Shown here piece after piece: positions 15,154-20,618 of a DNA stretch of 20,618 nucleotides. Position 1 is the stretch's first letter. Each line of letters begins with the position of its first letter. The stretch comes from Candidatus Bathyarchaeia archaeon (GTDB taxonomy: Archaea; Thermoproteota; Bathyarchaeia; Bathyarchaeales; Bathycorpusculaceae). The translations under genes and the position numbers were made by a program. The notes under the pieces are model-generated. The model saw only the letters and a list, made by a program, of their open reading frames with translations, was not told the origin of the DNA and searched no databases. The stretch spans positions 1 to 20,618 of the forward strand of contig JBMFOB010000023.1 in the NCBI GenBank assembly GCA_049969855.1, written 5' to 3'.

Positions 15154-16301
15154 GTAAAAAAGGGTTAATCCTCGAAGGCAGCCACTTCATGAACGGCGAT
15201 ATCGCCTGCGCAGAAGGCGCCATAGCTGCTGGCTGCAGATTCTTCGCTGGCTATCCAATAACGCCAGCAACAGAAATTGCCGAACATTTAGCTCAACGGA
15301 TGCCTGAAATTGGCGGAATATACATTCAAATGGAAGACGAATTAGCCTCAATGGCAGCAATTATAGGCGCGTCTTATGCGGGCGTAAAGGCTATGACAGC
15401 CACCTCTGGACCAGGTTTCAGTCTAATGCAAGAGAATATAGGGTTAGCCGTGATGACCGAAGCCCCATGCGTAATTGTGGATGTTATGCGTGGGGGACCA
15501 AGCACTGGGCAGCCAACACTGCCTGGACAGCAGGATATTATGCAGGCGAAATGGGGTTCCCATGGAGACTATGAAATCATAGCCCTAGCGCCTTCTTCTG
15601 TCCAAGAAATGTTTGACTTAACAATTGAAGCCTTCAACTTGTCGGAAACCTATAGGGTTCCGGCAATAGTTTTGGCTGATGAGGTTGTTGGGCACATGTG
15701 GGAAAAAGTTGTTATTCCTTCAATTGAAAAGATAAAAATATTGAACCGAAAAAAAGCCAACGTTCCACCAGAAGCTTATGCTCCCTTTATGCCCGATGAC
15801 GATTTGGTTCCGCCAATGGCATGTTTCGGAGAAGGCTACAGCTTTCACGCTACAGGCTTGACGCATGATGAGCATGGTTATCCTCGAACATCAAGCTCCG
15901 AAGCCCAACAAAAACTTGTCAAGCGATTGTGTGATAAAATTAGGAAAAATGCGGATAAAATAATCAAGGTGGAAGAGGTTATGCTTGACGATGCAGATAT
16001 TGTAGTTGTAGCCTATGGAATAGTTGCCAGAGCCGCACTTAGCGCCGTGAGAAAGGCTAGAGAAAACGGAATAAAAGCTGGGCTTCTACGCCCAATCACT
16101 TTATGGCCTTTTCCAGAAAGTCACATGGCGAAAATTGCCAAACAAGCAAAGGCAATAGTTGTTCCAGAAATGAATTGTGGTCAACTGGTACGCGAAGTGG
16201 AAAGAGCAGCGAAAGAAACCCCCGTTACTTTTCTCTCCAAATTGGGAGAGGAGCCTCACACTCCAATGGAAATTCTTGAAGCAATAAGGAGGAATAGTTA
16301 A
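15150..16301 (+). CDS. korA: 2-oxoacid (2-oxoglutarate-type):ferredoxin oxidoreductase alpha subunit
   Basis: 383 aa with GAIAAGCRFFAGYPITPATEIAE...IQMEDELASMAAIIGASYAGVKAMTATSGPGFSLMQE...RGGPSTGQPT, the KorA/OAFO alpha signature. Confidence 0.9.
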   Translation: MSKKGLILEGSHFMNGDIACAEGAIAAGCRFFAGYPITPATEIAEHLAQRMPEIGGIYIQMEDELASMAAIIGASYAGVKAMTATSGPGFSLMQENIGLAVMTEAPCVIVDVMRGGPSTGQPTLPGQQDIMQAKWGSHGDYEIIALAPSSVQEMFDLTIEAFNLSETYRVPAIVLADEVVGHMWEKVVIPSIEKIKILNRKKANVPPEAYAPFMPDDDLVPPMACFGEGYSFHATGLTHDEHGYPRTSSSEAQQKLVKRLCDKIRKNADKIIKVEEVMLDDADIVVVAYGIVARAALSAVRKARENGIKAGLLRPITLWPFPESHMAKIAKQAKAIVVPEMNCGQLVREVERAAKETPVTFLSKLGEEPHTPMEILEAIRRNS

Positions 16302-17146
16302 TGGAAACGGAAATTGTGCATCCCCTCGCAAAATATCTGAGAGAAGCCATGATGCCACACATATGGTGTTCAGGATGCGGCAACGGTATAATCCTAAACT
16401 GTTTCGTTCAAGCCATAGACGAGCTTCAAATGGACCTAAACAAGCTTGTGGTTGTGTCTGGCATTGGCTGTATTGGACGTGCTGCTGGATACGTAAACAC
16501 AAACTCTTTTCACACAACTCATGGACGTCCCATAGCCTTCGCAACGGGAGTAAAATTGGCAAATCCAGAGCTTGAAGTGGTTATTATAAGCGGTGATGGC
16601 GACCTCTTTGCCATTGGAGGAAACCATTTTATACATGCAGCGCGGAGAAACATTGGAATTAAAGTTATTTGTGCAAACAACTTCAATTATGGAATGACAG
16701 GCGGACAGCAGGGTCCAACAACGCCGATTGAAGCGTTAACAACCACAACCCCTTATGGGAACATTGAACATCCCTTTAATCTTGTGCATTTGGCAGCTGC
16801 ATCAGGCGCCACTTATGTTGCTAGGTGGACAACTTTGCATGTGCGAAAACTGACACAATCCATTAAAAAATTATTGCAGAAGGAATGTTTCGGCTTTATT
16901 GAAGTTGTTTCGCCTTGTCCAGAAATTTTTGGTCGCTACAACAAAATGCGAACTGGACTTGAGATGATGGAATGGTTTAGAAAGGTTTCTATGATTGAAA
17001 ACTTTTCTGACCCTGCAAAAGCGGAGATTACGCCGGAAAGAATCGTGGTAGGAGAATTTGTTGATACAGCAAAGGTTAGTTATGAGAAGCTGATTCATGA
17101 AAAGATAGCTGAAATTAACGAAAAGAAAATGGTGATGGTGAGTTAA
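16301..17146 (+). CDS. korB: 2-oxoacid (2-oxoglutarate-type):ferredoxin oxidoreductase beta subunit (TPP-binding)
   Basis: 281 aa with WCSGCGNGII, SGIGCIGR and the TPP motif ISGDGDLFAIGGNHFIHAARRN...NNFNYGMTGGQ. Overlaps the korA stop by 1 nt (TAATG). Confidence 0.9.
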   Translation: METEIVHPLAKYLREAMMPHIWCSGCGNGIILNCFVQAIDELQMDLNKLVVVSGIGCIGRAAGYVNTNSFHTTHGRPIAFATGVKLANPELEVVIISGDGDLFAIGGNHFIHAARRNIGIKVICANNFNYGMTGGQQGPTTPIEALTTTTPYGNIEHPFNLVHLAAASGATYVARWTTLHVRKLTQSIKKLLQKECFGFIEVVSPCPEIFGRYNKMRTGLEMMEWFRKVSMIENFSDPAKAEITPERIVVGEFVDTAKVSYEKLIHEKIAEINEKKMVMVS

Positions 17147-17147
17147 A

Positions 17148-17693
17148 ATGCGAATTGAAATTAGATTTGCAGGTTTCGGCGGACAAGGAATCATTAAATC
17201 TGGAATAATCACAGCTACAGCAGCATGCATTTATGGTGGAAAAAACGCTGTCCAAACCCAGTCTTATGGTCCTGAATCTAGGGGTGGAGCATGCAAATCT
17301 GAGGTTGTAATATCCGAAGAGGAAATAGATTTTCCAAAGGTTGTTGAACCAGAAATACTGGTTGTAATGTCTCAGCATGCCTACAATGAATATGCAGAAA
17401 ACGTGAAGCCTGACGGAACAATAATTTTAGACCCAGACATGGTTCCAAATGAAAAAGAATTAAAAAACGTTAAGGTTTTCAGGGTTCCAGCCACAAAAAT
17501 TGCGGAAGAGCTTGGAAGAAAAATAGTCGCAAATATCGCCATGTTAGGCGCCTTTGTAGCCATCACCGGCGTGTTAGATAAGGATGCTGTTAAAGAATCA
17601 ATTAAAGTGAACGTGCCTAAAGGCACTGAGCAATTGAATTTAACGGCTTTTGAAAAAGGATACGAATATGGTAAGAATCTTTTGAAAAGTTAA
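17148..17693 (+). CDS. korC: 2-oxoacid (2-oxoglutarate-type):ferredoxin oxidoreductase gamma subunit
   Basis: 181 aa with IRFAGFGGQGIIKSGIITA...QTQSYGPESRGGACKSEVVIS...NIAMLGAF, typical of the OFOR gamma family. Starts 1 nt after the korB stop. Confidence 0.9.
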   Translation: MRIEIRFAGFGGQGIIKSGIITATAACIYGGKNAVQTQSYGPESRGGACKSEVVISEEEIDFPKVVEPEILVVMSQHAYNEYAENVKPDGTIILDPDMVPNEKELKNVKVFRVPATKIAEELGRKIVANIAMLGAFVAITGVLDKDAVKESIKVNVPKGTEQLNLTAFEKGYEYGKNLLKS

Positions 17694-17695
17694 CC

Positions 17696-18298
17696 TCATC
17701 CAGCCTTTTGCGGCGGTAGTTGCTGCGTTATAACTTTCGATTTTCTAATGCCAACATGCCTTAGTGGAGCAATTTTTTTAGCTTCATTGTATATGTCTGA
17801 GGCTATTTTGCCTAAAACCATTTCTTGGGCGAACTGGTCTAAAGTTAATGTTGAAGCTTTTTCCTTAACGATTTTTTCCATGATGGCACGGATGTTTTTT
17901 TCCTGTGCTGTTCTTATCCTTGACAGTGTGAAAGCGGATACAGCGACACGAATTTTATATCCATCTTTCGTGGTTAAATTGAACAGTCCATCAACTTTTG
18001 TTGTTCTTCTCCGCACTAGACTTCTCAAATAATCTCGGGAGTATTCATGTCCTTTAAACATGGTTTTGGCAGTTTTGCCATCAATTTCTGTTATTTGGAA
18101 AAATATCTTTAAGTATTGATGGGCAAAGTCTCCTGTAACGTCGTAAAGTGTTGAGTCGATAACTCTTCCTATGAGTTTTTCAGGTTCTTCAGCTGGTACG
18201 CTTCCAAGTTCCACATTTCCGAAGTAGGGTGGGGCAATTGTGGTGTACCACGATTTGCTTCGCCACTTGTCTCTTACACGTTTTGTTTTTGAAGACAC
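17696..18298 (-). CDS. rps3ae: 30S ribosomal protein S3Ae (eS1)
   Basis: 200 aa with KRVRDKWRSKSWYTTIAPPYFG...LIGRVIDSTLYDVTGDF...FKGHEYSRDYLRSLVRRRTTKVD, an unmistakable S3Ae/S1e sequence. GTG start with GGAGGA 5 nt upstream. Confidence 0.95.
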   Translation of the reverse strand: MSSKTKRVRDKWRSKSWYTTIAPPYFGNVELGSVPAEEPEKLIGRVIDSTLYDVTGDFAHQYLKIFFQITEIDGKTAKTMFKGHEYSRDYLRSLVRRRTTKVDGLFNLTTKDGYKIRVAVSAFTLSRIRTAQEKNIRAIMEKIVKEKASTLTLDQFAQEMVLGKIASDIYNEAKKIAPLRHVGIRKSKVITQQLPPQKAG

Positions 18299-18348
18299 GT
18301 TTATCCTCCGAATGTAGCTTGAAAATTCGCATTAGAGTATTAAAAGTT

Positions 18349-19638
18349 TTACCGTTTCTGTTCTATTTTTGCTATGCCACTCATGTATTTTCTTAAAACT
18401 TCTGGGACAACAACTGAACCGTCTTCTTGCTGATAGTTCTCAAGGATTGCAACAATTGTTCTGCCTGTGGCTATGGCTGTAGAATTTAAAGTGTGCACAA
18501 AACCCTTTGGCGGTTCGCCTTCTTTCTCTCTGTATCTAATGTTCAGCCTTCTCGCTTGATAATCGGTGCAGTTGCTGCATGAAATTATCTCGCGATAGGC
18601 GTTTTGTGCTGGCATCCACGCCTCTATATCATATTTTTTGGCTGCAACAGTTCCTATGTCTCCCGTGCAACAGTTCACAACGCGATAGGGCAAACCAAGC
18701 TTTTGCACGAGTTCCTCAGCGTTTTGTATGAGTTCCTCGTGGATTTTCCATGAGTCTTCTGGTTTGCAGAAAACAAACTGTTCAATCTTGTTAAATTGGT
18801 GGGTTCTGAAGATTCCGCGTGTGTCTTTGCCGTGGGCTCCAGCCTCTTTTCTAAAGTTTGTGCTAACTCCGACAAGTTTAAGCGGCAACTCTTCTGCTTT
18901 CAAAACTTCATCCATGAACATTGCTGCCATGGGATGCTCAGAAGTTGCAATAAGATAAAGGTCTTCATCTTCAATTTTGTATAAGACGTCTTCGAAATCG
19001 CTTAGGGCTACCACGCCCTCATAGGGTTTTCTTCGCATAAGAAAAGGAGGTTCTATTGGCTTATAGCCCCTCTTAACCATTTCTTGAAGCGCAAAATTCA
19101 TCAAAGCCATATCCAACAATACGCCGTGATTTTTTAGATAGAAAAATCTGGCTCCAGCAATTTTTCCAGCCCTTTCAATGTCCATTATGTCGAGGTTCAG
19201 TCCCAACTCGATATGGTCTTTGATGGGAAAATCAAATTTTGGAATCTCACCCCAAGTTCTCACTGGAACATTGTCGTTTTCGTCTTTGCCAAAAGGAACT
19301 GACTCGTGCAAAATGTTGGGAATGCGCATTAAATAATAGTGAACTTTCTCTTCATATTCAGACACATGCTTTTCTAACATTGTGATTTCTGTATCCATAG
19401 TTTTTCCTTTGGCAATTTCTTCTGCTGCATCCTTTCCCTTCTTTTTTAAAGCTGCAATTTCAGTCGTTATTAATCTTCTTTCATGCCGCAGTTCATTTAG
19501 CCTAGTCAAACTCTGCCGCCATTTCCCATCAAATTCAATCAAGGCATCTAACATCTTTATGTTTTCAGGGTCTCCTCTCTTCATCAAGTTGTTTCTTACG
19601 AATTCGGGGTTTTCACGGATGAGTTTGATGTCAAGCAT
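18349..19638 (-). CDS. serS: Seryl-tRNA synthetase
   Basis: 429 aa. N-terminal coiled-coil arm (MLDIKLIRENPEFVRNNL...) and class II core motifs (FRKEAGAHGKDTRGIFRTHQFNKIEQF; TLNSTAIATGRTIVAILENYQQEDGSVVVPEVL). Confidence 0.95.
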   Translation of the reverse strand: MLDIKLIRENPEFVRNNLMKRGDPENIKMLDALIEFDGKWRQSLTRLNELRHERRLITTEIAALKKKGKDAAEEIAKGKTMDTEITMLEKHVSEYEEKVHYYLMRIPNILHESVPFGKDENDNVPVRTWGEIPKFDFPIKDHIELGLNLDIMDIERAGKIAGARFFYLKNHGVLLDMALMNFALQEMVKRGYKPIEPPFLMRRKPYEGVVALSDFEDVLYKIEDEDLYLIATSEHPMAAMFMDEVLKAEELPLKLVGVSTNFRKEAGAHGKDTRGIFRTHQFNKIEQFVFCKPEDSWKIHEELIQNAEELVQKLGLPYRVVNCCTGDIGTVAAKKYDIEAWMPAQNAYREIISCSNCTDYQARRLNIRYREKEGEPPKGFVHTLNSTAIATGRTIVAILENYQQEDGSVVVPEVLRKYMSGIAKIEQKR

Positions 19639-19653
19639 CTTTTACACGCAACT

Positions 19654-19663
19654 ATTTCTATAA
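19654..19663 (-). promoter_or_regulatory. TATA-like box upstream of serS (short-leader or leaderless transcript suspected)
   Basis: The minus-strand sequence reads AGAAGGTTATAGAAATAGTTGCGTGTAAAAG-ATG. TTATAGAAAT spans -25 to -16 relative to the serS ATG and is preceded by a purine-rich BRE-like AGAAGG. No Shine-Dalgarno motif lies between it and the ATG. The spacing is a few nt shorter than the canonical archaeal -26/-27 centre, so this call is tentative. Confidence 0.25.
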
Positions 19664-19801
19664 CCTTCTAACCTTAGCTTAAATCAATATTTTTACCTTT
19701 CCCGAAAAATGGCGATTTCACCAAAAATTCAGAGAGCGGGCTATCAATTTTGCAAACGAAACAACCTAAATTGAACTTTCAAAAGTGAGAAAGTGTTATG
19801 G

Positions 19802-20056
19802 CTAAAGCTTCTTCGTTATCTGAATTGTTTTCTCTGCAGTGGATGTGCAGAAAAGTAAATCGTCAATTGTAGCTATAAAAGTTGGAAGCTTTCTTTTACA
19901 TCTTATTTTTGTAATTACTTTGTTCTTTTCTCTAGCTGTTTTAATGGATAATCCCGCTGGTGTTTTAAAGTTGTCTGGTGAAACAGCTCTTGCTATGGCT
20001 TTTGCAACTTCTTCGTCATCATATTCAAGTATTATTTTAGCTTCTAACTTTCTCAC
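19802..20056 (-). CDS. pcc1: KEOPS complex subunit Pcc1-like protein
   Basis: 84 aa. The segments EAKIILEYDDEEVAKAIARAVSPDN...LSIKTAREKNKVITKIRCKRKLPTFIATIDDLLFCTSTAEKTI match the Pcc1/CTAG pattern (A..i..al.pD, two-strand segment, then l.alRatlns.lr.l..a..). GTG start overlaps the upstream gene by 20 nt. Confidence 0.6.
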   Translation of the reverse strand: MRKLEAKIILEYDDEEVAKAIARAVSPDNFKTPAGLSIKTAREKNKVITKIRCKRKLPTFIATIDDLLFCTSTAEKTIQITKKL

Positions 20057-20618
20057 CCCTCAATTGTTTTCCAACCAGTTCGTTGACAATGTTAATGAAG
20101 GCGTCAACGTTTTCTATGGGAACTTGTGCTCCAGCGGCAATATTGTGACCGCCTCCATTTCCTGAGAATTTCTCTGCTGCCGCTTGCATTACTTCGCCTA
20201 GGTTAACTCCCTTGTTCGTCATGATGTCTATTGTTCTTGCTGAAAATTTTGCTAAACCTTCCTCTTCAACGTTAGCGTATGCAATTAATGGTTTTTCAGG
20301 GTTTGGAAGGCTTGTTGCAAGTATGGAAGATATTGCGCCCACAATTTTTTCGTTTATGAAGTTTTCGCCGTAAACAACGTAAATGTTTTCCATCTCCCTC
20401 ATCCTTTCCGCCTTCTCCATAACCCACCCAAGATACTTGTTTATTGTTCTCCTATACTCTTCCAAAATCTTGTTTGCTTCTTCCAAGGCAGAGCCTCTGT
20501 CGCCCATGCAAATGGAAACTCCAAGACTTGGTTTTTCCATACGCCCCGTGGCATTTAATAAAACAGCAAATTCCCTTGCATCCCTAAGCGGAGTCCAAGG
20601 TTCCTCACGGCTTAAAGT
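20037..20618 (-). CDS. DHH/DHHA1-family phosphoesterase (archaeal RecJ-like), C-terminal part. The 5' end lies beyond the window.
   Basis: The track starts at an internal Met (20540), but the frame is open to the window edge (TLSREEPWTPLRDAREFAVLLNATGRMEKPSLG...). The DHHA1 motif GGGHNIAAGAQV lies near the C-terminus, and LLNATGR is typical of the linker region in RecJ-like proteins. Confidence 0.8.
   Translation of the reverse strand, partial: TLSREEPWTPLRDAREFAVLLNATGRMEKPSLGVSICMGDRGSALEEANKILEEYRRTINKYLGWVMEKAERMREMENIYVVYGENFINEKIVGAISSILATSLPNPEKPLIAYANVEEEGLAKFSARTIDIMTNKGVNLGEVMQAAAEKFSGNGGGHNIAAGAQVPIENVDAFINIVNELVGKQLRGEKVRS

Noticed and set aside
16101-17378. Long antisense ORFs inside korA/korB/korC (16101..16562, 16436..16636, 16871..17230 and 17115..17378, all minus strand).
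   Set aside because: These are shadow frames of strongly supported plus-strand genes. They have odd compositions (Cys/His/Phe/Leu-rich), no motifs and no initiation signals.
18299-18348. A weak inverted repeat, CGAAT...ATTCG, between serS and rps3ae, considered as a terminator or attenuator.
   Set aside because: The stem is only 5 bp with an 11-nt loop in AT-rich sequence, which is within chance expectation. The region also has to carry the rps3ae SD.
19839-20165. A 108-aa plus-strand ORF spanning the pcc1/DHH junction.
   Set aside because: It is an antisense shadow of two recognisable minus-strand genes, is serine/leucine-rich and has no motif.
1-20618. A scan for CRISPR repeats, IS/transposase or integrase genes, tRNA/rRNA genes, and C/D-box sRNA signatures in the intergenic gaps.
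   Set aside because: I saw no periodic direct repeats, no recombinase-like ORFs and no GC-rich cloverleaf-capable segments. I also saw no paired RUGAUGA/CUGA boxes in the gaps at 4425-4873, 5222-5313, 10865-11016, 18299-18348 or 19639-19801. The visual scan is not exhaustive.

Overview
The window is an archaeal chromosomal segment: it encodes ribosomal protein S3Ae/eS1 and a KEOPS Pcc1-like protein, and most genes are tightly packed with GGAGG Shine-Dalgarno sites. I saw no tRNA, rRNA, CRISPR array, transposase or integrase. Contents in order: (1) 1-4424, minus strand: an energy-converting group 4 [NiFe]-hydrogenase operon laid out in complex I gene order (nuoA-like, small subunit, fused NuoC-NuoD-like large subunit, NuoH-, NuoI-, NuoJ-, NuoK-like), running off the left edge. 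(2) 4425-4873: an unusually long AT-rich intergenic region, followed by a small HExxH protein gene. (3) 5314-10864, minus strand: a co-directional array of a metallophosphoesterase, a DUF47/PhoU-like protein, MoaE, 5-oxoprolinase PxpCBA and a DapB-fold amine-dehydrogenase-like protein. (4) 11017-17693, plus strand: six translationally coupled genes, namely an HdrC-domain/GltD-like flavoprotein, an HdrA-MvhD fusion and a four-subunit 2-oxoacid:ferredoxin oxidoreductase (delta-alpha-beta-gamma). (5) Minus strand to the right edge: rps3ae, serS, pcc1-like and the 3' part of a DHH/DHHA1 (RecJ-like) phosphoesterase. The three most interesting observations are the HdrA-MvhD/GltD/Kor operon, which may be an unstudied flavin-based electron-bifurcating assembly lacking HdrB; a hydrogenase that keeps its Ni-Fe ligands while having complex I synteny; and a hydrogenase small-subunit gene whose conserved N-terminal half has no in-frame start codon, with an ATG one frame off across a T4 run. 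All functional calls rest on reading motifs by eye, and no database search was run.
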